A stretch of 64,000 nucleotides of DNA from an uncultured Candidatus Binatia bacterium (GTDB taxonomy: Bacteria > Desulfobacterota > Binatia > UBA9968 > JAJDTQ01). Each line of letters opens with the position of its first letter. The first letter of the stretch is position 1. The notes beneath the pieces were generated by a model. It was not told the DNA's origin, did not search any database, and was given only the letters and a program-made list of their open reading frames with translations. The translations under genes and the position numbers were made by a program. Location: the NCBI GenBank assembly GCA_965213675.1, contig OZ243916.1:3200001-3264000 (forward strand), given 5' to 3'. Positions 32,470 through 41,582 of the stretch are shown piece by piece.

Positions 32470-33585
32470 TCACCGGCGGCGGAGGCGGGGGAGCCAGCGG
32501 GTGGCGCCGACGTAGATATGTTGGGTGCCCATGTTCACTATCACGATTCGGGCCAGATGAAAGGCGATCACCGCGGGCACGCCGATGCCCAGCGCCTGGG
32601 CGGTGATGGCCATCTCCGCGAGACCGCCGGGCGAGGTGGCGATGATCATGGTGGCGATGGGCAGCCGGAACGCCCAGGCCAGGGCCGCGGCCAGCGCGAT
32701 GGACGCCGCCAGCACGAATAACGAATTCAGTAGGGCGAAGGGAATGAACAGCTTGTAGCGGGCGAAGAACGCGCGTTCGTAGCGCGCCCCCAGCACCAGG
32801 CCGAACATGAGTTGCGCGAAGTTCGTCATCCATGGAGGCACGGCCGAGAGCGGGACCCCGCTCAAGGTGAACGCGGCGCCGAAGAATATCGGCATGAGGA
32901 GGTACCCGTTGTGCATGTGCAGGCGTTCGGAGACCTCGCCCAGCACGAAACCCGCCAGCAGCCAGGGCGCCAGCACGCCCACGTCCAGCGGCAGCGCCGG
33001 GCGGAAGTCGCCGGTCTCCAGCGGGATGCCGCCGTAGGTCAGCGCGAAGGGGATCACCAGCACCAGGATGGAGACCCGCAGGCTGTGGGCCACCGCCACC
33101 GGCGCGATCTGCGCGCCGTAGCGGTGCGCCAGGTTGGCCATGGCCATGGCGCCGCCCGGAATGGACGCGAAAAAGGTGGAGCGGGTTTCAACTCCCGAAA
33201 CCCGGCTCAGGATCACCGCCCCCAACGCGCCGATGAGGAAGGTCGCCAGGGTGGCGAGCACGATGGGCAGCCAGTTGGCGGCCAGTTCCACCACCACCGG
33301 CGGGGTGAAGTAGAGCGAGATCGCCGAGCCCAGGATCACCTGTCCCATCTGCCGCGCGTAGGGCGGCGAGTCCATGGCGACGCCCAACAGGTTGAGCGAG
33401 GCGACCACCACCATGGGGCCGATCATCCACGGGATGGGTAGTTCGAGGGAGTCGCACAGGTATCCCGCGGGAATGCCCACCGCCAGTGCGGTGAGGATGG
33501 CGGGCATCCGCGGCCGGAGATCGGCGGCGCTTCCGCGCAAGGCGGCCAGTGCGCGGGAAGCCATGGGCGTGGGCGCCGGACTCAT
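32470..33585 (-). CDS. AbrB-family (putative ammonia monooxygenase-like) membrane protein
   Basis: duplicated PGG motifs (IPGGAMAM; SPGGLAEM), PIPWMIGP, HSLRV; start approximate. Confidence 0.85.
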   Translation of the reverse strand: MSPAPTPMASRALAALRGSAADLRPRMPAILTALAVGIPAGYLCDSLELPIPWMIGPMVVVASLNLLGVAMDSPPYARQMGQVILGSAISLYFTPPVVVELAANWLPIVLATLATFLIGALGAVILSRVSGVETRSTFFASIPGGAMAMANLAHRYGAQIAPVAVAHSLRVSILVLVIPFALTYGGIPLETGDFRPALPLDVGVLAPWLLAGFVLGEVSERLHMHNGYLLMPIFFGAAFTLSGVPLSAVPPWMTNFAQLMFGLVLGARYERAFFARYKLFIPFALLNSLFVLAASIALAAALAWAFRLPIATMIIATSPGGLAEMAITAQALGIGVPAVIAFHLARIVIVNMGTQHIYVGATRWLPRLRRR

Positions 33586-33607
33586 GGACACGGGAACGCG
33601 GCGCCCG

Positions 33608-34789
33608 TCATACGATGCTTCTTTCCCGGAGGGAGTGGATTTCCTCGGGGCTGTAGCCCAGCTCCGTGAGGGTTTCTTCGTTGTGCTCGCCGAGCGTCGG
33701 GGGCCGAAGCCGCAGGCCGATGGGGGTGTCCAGCAGGTTGAGGCCATTGCGCACCAGCTTGAACGGGCCGAACTCGGGGTGGTCCACGTCCATAAGCCGG
33801 TCCAGGTACTGCACCTGCGGGTCCTCGAAGACCTCGGCGAAGTTGTTGAGGGGCGCGCACGGGACGTCCCGGGCGCGCAGTTCACCGAGCCAGTGCTCCC
33901 GCGGCGCCGACTGCACCACCGCGCCGAAGGTCTCGGAGATGAAATCGTAGTTCTTCGCCCGCGCCGGGCGGTCCTTGGTGCGCTCGTCGGTCTGGAAGTC
34001 CGGCCGCCCCATGACCTCGGTGACGCCGATCCAGAATTTGGGCGGATGGGACAGGTGGATGACGAAGGGCTTGCCGTCCCCCGCCACCAGCGCGTAGACG
34101 CCGGCGGTCTTGATGCGGCTGCGCATGCTCGGCACCTCGCCGCTGAACAGATACTGGGTCATGCTCAGCCCGAGGAAGCAGATGGTGGACTCCAAAAGCG
34201 AGGTCTCCACCTTCTGGCCCACGCCGGTGCGCTCGCGCGCGGCCAGCGCCGCGAGCACGCCGTAGCACCCGAAGATGCCGCCGAGATGGTCGGAGAAGGC
34301 CGCCCCCGGCCCGTGGGGCTTTTCGACGTCGGTGAGCACGCTCAACAGCCCGCTCAGGGACTGGCCGATGGTGTCGTAGCCGGGCCGCGCCCGGTACGGA
34401 CCGTCCTGGCCGAAGGCGGAGATGGAACAATAGATGATGCGCGGATTCATCTCCCGCACCACGTCGTAGCCGATGCCCAGCCGGTCCACTACGCCGGGGC
34501 GCAGGTTCTCGACGATGACGTCCGCGTCCCGGGCCAGCTTGAGGAACACCTCCCGCCCCTCCGGCGCCTTCATGTCCAGGGTGACGCTCTTCTTGTTGCG
34601 GTTGAGGGCGCAGAAGCTGGGGCTGTAGTTCTTGGGCTCCTTGTCCCAGGTGCGGAACGGATCGCCCTTGCCGGGGGTCTCGACCTTGGTCACGTCGGCG
34701 CCCAGGTCGGCGAGCAGAAGCGAGGCGTAGGGGCCGGCGATGTAGTTGGTGACGTCGAGGATCTTGACGCCTTCGAGTGCGGCGGGCAT
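33608..34789 (-). CDS. CaiB/BaiF family III CoA-transferase
   Basis: AGPYAS.LLADLGADV.KVE.P..GD..R, NRNKKS, ENLRPG, RPGYD, P.LGEH. Confidence 0.95.
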   Translation of the reverse strand: MPAALEGVKILDVTNYIAGPYASLLLADLGADVTKVETPGKGDPFRTWDKEPKNYSPSFCALNRNKKSVTLDMKAPEGREVFLKLARDADVIVENLRPGVVDRLGIGYDVVREMNPRIIYCSISAFGQDGPYRARPGYDTIGQSLSGLLSVLTDVEKPHGPGAAFSDHLGGIFGCYGVLAALAARERTGVGQKVETSLLESTICFLGLSMTQYLFSGEVPSMRSRIKTAGVYALVAGDGKPFVIHLSHPPKFWIGVTEVMGRPDFQTDERTKDRPARAKNYDFISETFGAVVQSAPREHWLGELRARDVPCAPLNNFAEVFEDPQVQYLDRLMDVDHPEFGPFKLVRNGLNLLDTPIGLRLRPPTLGEHNEETLTELGYSPEEIHSLRERSIV

Positions 34790-34799
34790 GGACAGGCTC

Positions 34800-34964
34800 C
34801 TAGTGTGGTGTCTGGTTAATTCGTGTCATAATCTGCGGGTCTTTTTCGCCGTCGGCTGCGTTGCTCTTCCTCGCGTGGTACGCGCCACTGCTCGTCATCG
34901 CGCCTTGCCGACGACAAAAAATCCTCCGCAGATTATGACACGAATTAACCAGACACCACACTAG
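34800..34964. mobile_element. 165-bp MITE, copy 1
   Basis: ctagtgtggtgtctggttaattcgtgtcataatctgcgg ... ccgcagattatgacacgaattaaccagacaccacactag (~39-bp TIR incl. CTAG); near-identical copy at 46968. Confidence 0.88.
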
Positions 34965-35251
34965 CGCGTGCGGTTGTATTCGTAGTCCTCGCGTTCGGTG
35001 GCTCCGGCGCGAAGCTCGGGCTTGAGCGGCGCCCGGGTGGCGTTCACCTTGGCGTGGACGTCCAGGGCGGCCTGATCCACCCAACGCTCGATGATCACCA
35101 TCTTGTCCGGGTTCACCACGCTGCGGAAAACCTCGAACTGCTCGCAGCCCGGCTCCTGCATCACTTCCGCGCAGCGCCCCCGATAGGCGTCGGCCAGTTC
35201 AGCGCCCTTCCCCTCGATGGCATTGATGGTGACGATGAGTCTGAGAGACAT
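34961..35251 (-). CDS. putative quinol monooxygenase (ABM family)
   Basis: EPGCEQF, ERW....LDVH; GGAGG RBS; stop codon lies in the MITE-terminal CTAG. Confidence 0.85.
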   Translation of the reverse strand: MSLRLIVTINAIEGKGAELADAYRGRCAEVMQEPGCEQFEVFRSVVNPDKMVIIERWVDQAALDVHAKVNATRAPLKPELRAGATEREDYEYNRTR

Positions 35252-35467
35252 GTCGGTTCCTCCCGGTTGAGATGCCTGTCGACCCGCGCTTCCGGCAGCG
35301 TCGCGTGACAGAACTTTTCCATTGTGTACCAGATCAGGGAATACCCCGCGAGGTTTCGCCGCGCGTGACCTTGGTCGCTGTCCATGTCGCCGCGGCAACT
35401 CCCGCGTCACCGCGGATGGATCCGCGGTCCCGATGCACGGGACGCGTCGGGGCGCCCCTCCGGCTCC

Positions 35468-36220
35468 TCAGGCCGGTTCCGGCAGTTCCGCCAGGAGCCG
35501 CCCGTAGCCGGGAATCGGTTGGCGTACCCCCAGGCGGGTCTGCGTCTCCCAACAACGCGCGGGCAGCGCATGCACCACCGGCACGCCCAGATCCGCCTCC
35601 AGGGGCTCGATGATGTCGAGGGTCTTCCAGGCCGACCCCAACATGTACAGGCACTCGCCTTTCGGGTGGCGGGCGAACATCTGCGTCAGTTGCCGCCGGA
35701 TCTCCGAGGACGGTACCTTGGGGACATCGGCGAAGGGCACGTCGATGCCCTCCATGCCCAGCATCTCGAAGCCGGCGTCGGTCAGATAGCGGCGGAACAG
35801 ATCGTTGAGATGCTGGGGGAAATAGCTTGCTCCGACGATCCGTTGCACCCCGAGGGTGCGGAACGCGCGCACGTGGTTCATGCCCGAGGTGACCATGGGG
35901 ACGCCGTAGCGGCTCTCCCAGGAACGAATGGTCGCGCCCTCGCCCTCGTAACCCAGGAGCATGAACGGCGGCGCGCCGATCACCCGGATCAGGTCCGGCT
36001 TCAATGCCGTCAACTCGGCCGCCTTGGCCTCGTAGCCGGGCATGGAAGCCCGGAACTCCTCCTGAGTCCCCTGGGTGAATTCCATGCTCAGGTGCAGGAA
36101 CTCGATGGTGGGCGCGAGCCTGGGCTCCAACTCCTTGTCCCCGAGCACTCCGGTTCGGTTCGTGGGCCACACCGAGCCCACCCGATACCGTTTCCTTGCC
36201 TGTGACGCATCATCACTCAT
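35468..36220 (-). CDS. maleate isomerase/arylmalonate decarboxylase (Asp/Glu racemase) family protein
   Basis: VPMVTS, LGVQRI..ASY, IEPLEADLGVPVV, PGYGRLL. Confidence 0.8.
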   Translation of the reverse strand: MSDDASQARKRYRVGSVWPTNRTGVLGDKELEPRLAPTIEFLHLSMEFTQGTQEEFRASMPGYEAKAAELTALKPDLIRVIGAPPFMLLGYEGEGATIRSWESRYGVPMVTSGMNHVRAFRTLGVQRIVGASYFPQHLNDLFRRYLTDAGFEMLGMEGIDVPFADVPKVPSSEIRRQLTQMFARHPKGECLYMLGSAWKTLDIIEPLEADLGVPVVHALPARCWETQTRLGVRQPIPGYGRLLAELPEPA

Positions 36221-36362
36221 GGTCTCATTCTCCCGTTACCCGGTGTCCCGGCCCTGTCACCCCAAAGTTGGTCCCGGCCGCCGCGGCCCCGCCATCCCGG
36301 ACCATTCCCATGCCTCCCGGACCATTCCCGGCTACTCGGGCAGGCGCCTGGCGCTTGCTCCT

Positions 36363-37226
36363 TTACCGTGCCCCGCGCACCGTCAGGTACCGGCTGATGG
36401 ACTCCAGTCGCTTCGGCCCGATGCCGGGGATCTTGAGCAGATCCTTCACCGCCCGGTAGGGTCGGCCGGCGATGATCTTGCCTGCCGTCACCGGGCCGAT
36501 GCCCGGAATCTGCTGTAGCTGCGCGTCCGTGGCGCGGTTCACATCCAGCGGCTCGCCGTCCCGCGGCTTGGCTGCGCCCATCACCTGTCGCCGGTAATCC
36601 TTCAACTCCGCCTTGGCCTCGCGCCGATTGCCGCGCAGTTTGAGCAGCAACTCGGGGTTGGTGGCGCGCCAGATGCCGGCGCGGTTCAGCATGGCCACGG
36701 CGCGCAGGTCCTGAAGTTCGTCGAGAACCTGCCGGCTGTCCCTGCCTTGGGGGTCGGGCCGGGTCTTGCCGTGCACCCGGGCGAGTCCCAGCCGCACCAG
36801 CAGGCGTCCGAGGTCCTGGCCGTCGTGGGTCTGGACAAACGCATAGATGCGGCCCATGGCCGACCGACCCGGCGCCCGCGCGTAGCTCGTGTGAATCGAA
36901 AAGGGCCTGGACAGGACGTTGCGCACGTATTCCGTGGCGCGCTTCCCGAAGCGCACCAGGTCTTGCGGGTTTTCCAGGCCGAAGTGGTACTGCTGGTCGC
37001 GGATGCGTTCCAGTACGGCGTCGCTGCCGTGGGTGGTCTCCGGGCAGTCCACGTAGTAGAGGCGCAGGTGATATTCGTGGCGGCCCGCCTTCACCTTGAA
37101 GCTGTCCCCGTCATTCATCGCCGCTTCAACGAGAACGGCGTTGGCCAGGGTCTCGAGTTCGGCGGCCCACGCGTGCGGCGCGCCCCACGCGAACATCAGC
37201 GGCAGCAGCCACGCAACGGCTTTCAT
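36363..37226 (-). CDS. secreted thermonuclease (SNase) fused to ComEA-like helix-hairpin-helix domain
   Basis: signal peptide; DGDSF, LRLY.VDCPE, GR..AFV, GLARV; C-terminal LDVNRAT..QLQQIPGIGP ... IPGIGPK. Confidence 0.85.
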   Translation of the reverse strand: MKAVAWLLPLMFAWGAPHAWAAELETLANAVLVEAAMNDGDSFKVKAGRHEYHLRLYYVDCPETTHGSDAVLERIRDQQYHFGLENPQDLVRFGKRATEYVRNVLSRPFSIHTSYARAPGRSAMGRIYAFVQTHDGQDLGRLLVRLGLARVHGKTRPDPQGRDSRQVLDELQDLRAVAMLNRAGIWRATNPELLLKLRGNRREAKAELKDYRRQVMGAAKPRDGEPLDVNRATDAQLQQIPGIGPVTAGKIIAGRPYRAVKDLLKIPGIGPKRLESISRYLTVRGAR

Positions 37227-37265
37227 GGTGGCGGTGCGGATGGTTCCCGGCAACGGGTCCGACGT

Positions 37266-37598
37266 CTATGTCGTGGAAATGTGAGCGCCGCCGAAGGGCT
37301 CGGGCCGGTTGCCGTAGAGCAGCAGGCGCCCCGTGCCCACGTTGGTGATCTGATAGTAGTCCTTGGCGTCGAAGAACACCGCCTCGCCCTGCTTGACAAT
37401 GCGCTCGCCGCCGTGGATGTCCTTGACGCGGGCCTTGCCCTCCACCACCAGAAAGCTCTCCGGCTCGGTGTGAAAGTGCATGTCCGTGTGGTCGCCGGGC
37501 TTGAGGTGAAGCATCCAGGTGCAGAACTTCCCGGTTCCATACAATCGCGTGAACCGCTGCTCCATGTCCGCCTTCTCCGCCAGATTCACAAAATCCAT
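37266..37598 (-). CDS. cupin domain protein
   Basis: LKPG.HTDMHFH.E.E.F.V.EG, ITNVG; start MDFVNL after GGAGG. Confidence 0.8.
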   Translation of the reverse strand: MDFVNLAEKADMEQRFTRLYGTGKFCTWMLHLKPGDHTDMHFHTEPESFLVVEGKARVKDIHGGERIVKQGEAVFFDAKDYYQITNVGTGRLLLYGNRPEPFGGAHISTT

Positions 37599-37699
37599 GG
37601 CCACCCTCCTGCCGTCAACGGAACGCCAACCGGCACTCAAGCCCTTAGCACAAACCCCCCACCCCGTCATCCGCCACCCACCCGCCCAACCCCCGGCTC

Positions 37700-37725
37700 C
37701 GTCATCCCGGACTTGATCCGGGGCC
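37700..37725. repeat. REP-like hairpin
   Basis: cgtcatcccggacttgatccggggcc. Confidence 0.55.
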
Positions 37726-37847
37726 AAAGCGGCGCGGCCGCCCGCCGGCACTTCGCGCTCCCCGGTTGCGTCGCCGCACGATGCCGTGATACGCGCGTTG
37801 GACGAATTCAAGGACTCCTTCCGACAGGACAAACACAGGAGAAGCCC

Positions 37848-38864
37848 ATGCGCGGCGTGATGTTCAACGGCAACCGGGAGTGCGAGATACGTGATTTTCC
37901 GGACCCCCATGCGGGACCCGGCCAGGCGGTGGTGAAGATCCGCGCCTCGGGCATGTGCGGCACCGATCTGCACCGGTACCGCGGTACCGTGGCCATCGAC
38001 GCCATCACCGGCCACGAGCCCTGCGGCGTCATCGCGGAGTTGGGCGCCGGCGCCCCGGCCGGGCTGGCCGTGGGCGACCGGGTGGTGGTGCACCACTACG
38101 AAGGCTGCGGCATCTGCGAGATCTGCTCGATGGGCTTCGAGCAGGCTTGTCCCCACGGCCACGTGACCTTCGGCGGGGTGGACGCCCACGGCGCCAACGC
38201 AGACTACATCCTGGTGCCGTCACGCTTGCTGATCCATCTCCCGGAGGAACTGTCCTTCGAGGCCGGCGCGGCCATCTCCTGCGGCACCGGCACGGCATGG
38301 AACGGCCTCAAGAAGATCCACATCGCCGGCGGCGACGTGGTGTCGATCTTCGGCCAGGGACCCGTGGGCCTGAGCGGAACCCTGTGCGCCAAGCACATGG
38401 GGGCGCGGGTCATCGCCGTTGACGTAGTGCCGGAACGGCTGGAGCTGGCGCGGCGCTACGGCGCGGACCACGTCATCAACGCCAGGGACACCGACCCGGT
38501 GGAAGCCATCAAGGAACTCACCGGCGGTCTGGGGTCCACGGCGGCGCTGGAAACCTCCGGCAACCCGGAATGCCGGAGCCAGATCCTCAAGGCCATGCGC
38601 ACCTTCGGGCGCTGCTGCTACGTGGGCATGGGCGCGCCTTCCACCATCAACTTCCGCGACGACGTCATCTTCAAGGTGGCCACCCTCGTCGGCTCGTGGA
38701 CCTTCAACAAGTCCGAACTCATCGAGATCTGCCGCTTCATGGTGGAAGAGAAGGTGCCGGTGGACGACCTGGTCACGCACCGCTTCGCTCTCGACGACGC
38801 CGTGGAAGCGTTCCGCGTCTTCGACAGCGCCACCACCGGCAAGTGCGTGTTCGTGCTGGACTGA
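37848..38864 (+). CDS. zinc-binding alcohol dehydrogenase (MDR family)
   Basis: GMCGTDLH, GHE, CGICEIC...C, G.GPVG; AGGAG RBS. Confidence 0.93.
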   Translation: MRGVMFNGNRECEIRDFPDPHAGPGQAVVKIRASGMCGTDLHRYRGTVAIDAITGHEPCGVIAELGAGAPAGLAVGDRVVVHHYEGCGICEICSMGFEQACPHGHVTFGGVDAHGANADYILVPSRLLIHLPEELSFEAGAAISCGTGTAWNGLKKIHIAGGDVVSIFGQGPVGLSGTLCAKHMGARVIAVDVVPERLELARRYGADHVINARDTDPVEAIKELTGGLGSTAALETSGNPECRSQILKAMRTFGRCCYVGMGAPSTINFRDDVIFKVATLVGSWTFNKSELIEICRFMVEEKVPVDDLVTHRFALDDAVEAFRVFDSATTGKCVFVLD

Positions 38865-38890
38865 CAAATATATATACGGTATATACCAGA
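38861..38890 (+). promoter_or_regulatory. AT-rich promoter/operator of the NTase-antitoxin bicistron
   Basis: -35-like cTGACA at 38861; palindrome tatatac-g-gtatata at 38871-38885; no obvious RBS (possibly leaderless). Confidence 0.55.
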
Positions 38891-38892
38891 GT

Positions 38893-39357
38893 ATGTTCAT
38901 CGAGCGTGTGGTCACCGCTCTCCGGCAAGCCAGGGTCCGTTTCGGTATCGCCGGCGGGTATGCGGTCGCACTGCATGGCGTGGTGCGAGGCACTCTTGAT
39001 CTGGACTTGGTGCTCGCGTTGTCCCGTGAGAATTTCACGGCCGCGGAATCGGCGCTGAAGCGGATGGGATTGCAGCCCCGCCTGCCGCTGAAGGCGGAGG
39101 AAGTGTTCGACTTCCGGGAAGAGTACATCCGCAACCGGAATCTGATCGCCTGGAGCTTCGTCAATTCGGCGGACCCCACCGAGATGGTGGACATCATCAT
39201 CACGGAAGACCTGTCGGCGATACAGGTGGACATGCTCCCACTGGGAAGGCTCCGGTTGCCTGTAGTGGCCGTTGACGACCTGATCCGGATGAAGGAAAAG
39301 AGCGGCCGGCCGCAGGACCTCGAGGACATTCGGGCATTGAGGAGCATGGTCTCATGA
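38893..39357 (+). CDS. minimal pol-beta-superfamily nucleotidyltransferase (putative toxin)
   Basis: GGYAVALHG..R.T.DLD (GG...DxD), third Asp in VDII, C-terminal K..SGRPQD..D. Confidence 0.8.
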   Translation: MFIERVVTALRQARVRFGIAGGYAVALHGVVRGTLDLDLVLALSRENFTAAESALKRMGLQPRLPLKAEEVFDFREEYIRNRNLIAWSFVNSADPTEMVDIIITEDLSAIQVDMLPLGRLRLPVVAVDDLIRMKEKSGRPQDLEDIRALRSMVS

Positions 39358-39668
39358 GACCCGTGCAGTACTTCTCGAAGGAGTATCTGGAGCAGTGCAA
39401 GGGGATGAAGCCCGCGGACATCCTGCGATTCCTCGATGAGTTTCGCCGGCTTTATTCGCCCGCGGCGCGGAGGGGAAGCAAGCTGATCAGCCTCAAGGTG
39501 CCGGAGAACCTGCTGGAGGCGTTCAAGGCCAAGGCCAGCCTGCACGACGTACCCTATCAGACTCAGATCAAGCGTTTGATGATGGACTGGGTCGCCGGCC
39601 AGTCCGCGGAAACGAATGCTCCGATGCGGGAAGGGTCGCGCCGCCGGGGCACAACAAGGAAGTCGTAG
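39354..39668 (+). CDS. BrnA/CopG-like ribbon-helix-helix antitoxin
   Basis: KLISLKVPENLLEAFK.KA....VPYQTQIK..M; ATGA overlap with upstream gene. Confidence 0.75.
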   Translation: MRPVQYFSKEYLEQCKGMKPADILRFLDEFRRLYSPAARRGSKLISLKVPENLLEAFKAKASLHDVPYQTQIKRLMMDWVAGQSAETNAPMREGSRRRGTTRKS

Positions 39669-39721
39669 CGCGGTCTCAATGCCGATCGGCGGGAAGCGCC
39701 GTCAACCGTCAGGAGGACACG

Positions 39722-40474
39722 ATGCCCATATGGCAAGAGCTGAGCTGGCCGCGGATCAAGGAATGCGCGGAGAAGGGGTGCGTGGTGATCGTCCCCGTCG
39801 GGGTGATCGAGCAGCACGGACATCACCTGCCGCTGGATACCGACGCGTTCATTTCACAGGAGATCGCGCGGGCGGCCGCCCGGCGGGATACGGAGATCCT
39901 GGTGGGGCCGACGGTGCCTTTCGGCTTCACGCCGAGCAACAAGAACTTCCCCGGCAGCATCAGCCTGACGGCCGCTACCTGGATGGCGCTGATCCGCGAG
40001 ATCGTGCGCGCGGTGCGCCGGCACGGCTTCACGCGCATCGCGCTGCTGAACGGCCACGGCGGCCAGGTGGCGCTGTCGCGCTCGGTGGTGGCGGCGCTCC
40101 AGGACGAGGATGGCATCCGCACGGTGGTGCTCAACTGGTTCGGACTCGTGGACAAGGACATGGGGCGGCTGTTCGCCGACGAGAAGATGCCCGGCGGGCG
40201 CGTGGGCCATGCCGGCGCGGTGGAGACGTCCATGAACCTGCACCTGCGCGGGGAGTTGGCCGCACAGGGCAGCCTGGTGGCGCATCTCGGGCCGCAGATG
40301 CCGGACTTCGTCAGGAAGGTCGGAGGCTACGTTCAAACGCCGCGGGAGGACCTGTCGCCTTCAGGGGTGATGGGCGATCCGAATCTCGCCAGCGCCGAGA
40401 AGGGCGGTGAGTTGTTCGAATTGGCGGTGGAACGGCTGTGTGCGTTCGCGCAGGAGTACCGGGAAGCGGAATAG
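39722..40474 (+). CDS. creatininase family protein
   Basis: PVG.IEQHG.HLPLDTD, FPGSISL, NGHGG, HAG..ETS, GVMGDP..AS.EKG. Confidence 0.92.
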   Translation: MPIWQELSWPRIKECAEKGCVVIVPVGVIEQHGHHLPLDTDAFISQEIARAAARRDTEILVGPTVPFGFTPSNKNFPGSISLTAATWMALIREIVRAVRRHGFTRIALLNGHGGQVALSRSVVAALQDEDGIRTVVLNWFGLVDKDMGRLFADEKMPGGRVGHAGAVETSMNLHLRGELAAQGSLVAHLGPQMPDFVRKVGGYVQTPREDLSPSGVMGDPNLASAEKGGELFELAVERLCAFAQEYREAE

Positions 40475-40522
40475 CAGCGCAACGACTGTTCCGGCCCCGT
40501 GGCGGGTGGTACTGTGCCCGCC

Positions 40523-40572
40523 ACCGTTCATCCTGTGCGTAGTGGAGCGAAGCGGTACGAAGTCGAAGGGTG
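40523..40572. repeat. REP-like sequence between convergent genes
   Basis: accgttcatcctgtgcgtagtggagcgaagcggtacgaagtcgaaggg; related to the 29377 element. Confidence 0.5.
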
Positions 40573-40602
40573 CCCAGCGAAGGGCGCCATGCACCACACG
40601 TG

Positions 40603-41580
40603 TCATCCCATCACGGCTCGGGCAGCCGCCTCGATGCGGCCCGCGGTGGGCGTCACGTAGTCCTCCAGCGGCGCCGCGAACGGGATCGGCACGTGCGGGA
40701 TGGCGACCCGCTTGATGGGCGCCTTGAGGCTGTCGAAGGCCAGGTCCGCCATCAGCGCGGCGATGTTGGCGGCCACGCCGCAGTTGTCGTGGCTTTCGTC
40801 GGTGACCACCAGCCGGCCGGTCTTCCGCACCGAGGCCAGCAGGGTGTGGGTGTCCAGCGGCTCCAGCGTCCTCGGGTCCACCACCTCCGCCGAAAGGCCG
40901 TCTTGGGCCAGGGCTTCGGCCGCGGCCATGGCCCGGGGCACCTGCACACCCGAGGCCACGATGGTGACGTCGCTGCCTTCCCGCGCCACTGAGGCCATTC
41001 CGAACCCGGTCTCGTACGCGCCGTCGGGCACCGGCCCGCGCTCACCCAGGAGACGCTCATGGGCCAGGAAGATGGTGGGGTCCGGGCTCTTGAGGAGCGC
41101 GGTTCGCAGCAGACCCTTGGCGTCCGCCGGGGTGGCGGGCATGGCCACCTGCAGGCCGGGGGTGTTCCAGTACCAGGGCTGCGGGCTGCCGGAGTGCTGT
41201 ACGCCGCCACCGCCGCGGATGCCGTAGCGCATGAAATAGGTAACCGGCACGTTGGTCCGGCCGCCTGAGTTGGAGTACGCGATGGCGGCTTCGTTGTTGA
41301 TCTGCGGGATCGCTTCGTATGAGAACGTCGCGGTGCCGATGTCCACCAGCGGCCGCAGTCCGGCCATGGCCGCGCCCGCGGCGATGCCGCAGTAGCCCAA
41401 CTCCGCGATGGGCGGGGACTTGATGCGCCGTCCGTGTCGCTCGCGCACCGCGCGGAATCGCGCCGCGCCCGGGCCGGAACTCACCAAGCCGCCGCCGATC
41501 AGCACCACCCGCCGATCCTCCTCCATGGCCTCGGCCAATGCCTCGACCAACGCCTCTCCCAGGGTCATCTCGCGCGCCAT
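40603..41580 (-). CDS. 2-oxoacid/acetoin dehydrogenase E1 beta-like subunit
   Basis: PIAE, GLRP, QHS, PATPADAKGLL, EVVD.RTL.PLD, KTGRL. Confidence 0.9.
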   Translation of the reverse strand: MAREMTLGEALVEALAEAMEEDRRVVLIGGGLVSSGPGAARFRAVRERHGRRIKSPPIAELGYCGIAAGAAMAGLRPLVDIGTATFSYEAIPQINNEAAIAYSNSGGRTNVPVTYFMRYGIRGGGGVQHSGSPQPWYWNTPGLQVAMPATPADAKGLLRTALLKSPDPTIFLAHERLLGERGPVPDGAYETGFGMASVAREGSDVTIVASGVQVPRAMAAAEALAQDGLSAEVVDPRTLEPLDTHTLLASVRKTGRLVVTDESHDNCGVAANIAALMADLAFDSLKAPIKRVAIPHVPIPFAAPLEDYVTPTAGRIEAAARAVMG

Positions 41581-41582
41581 GG

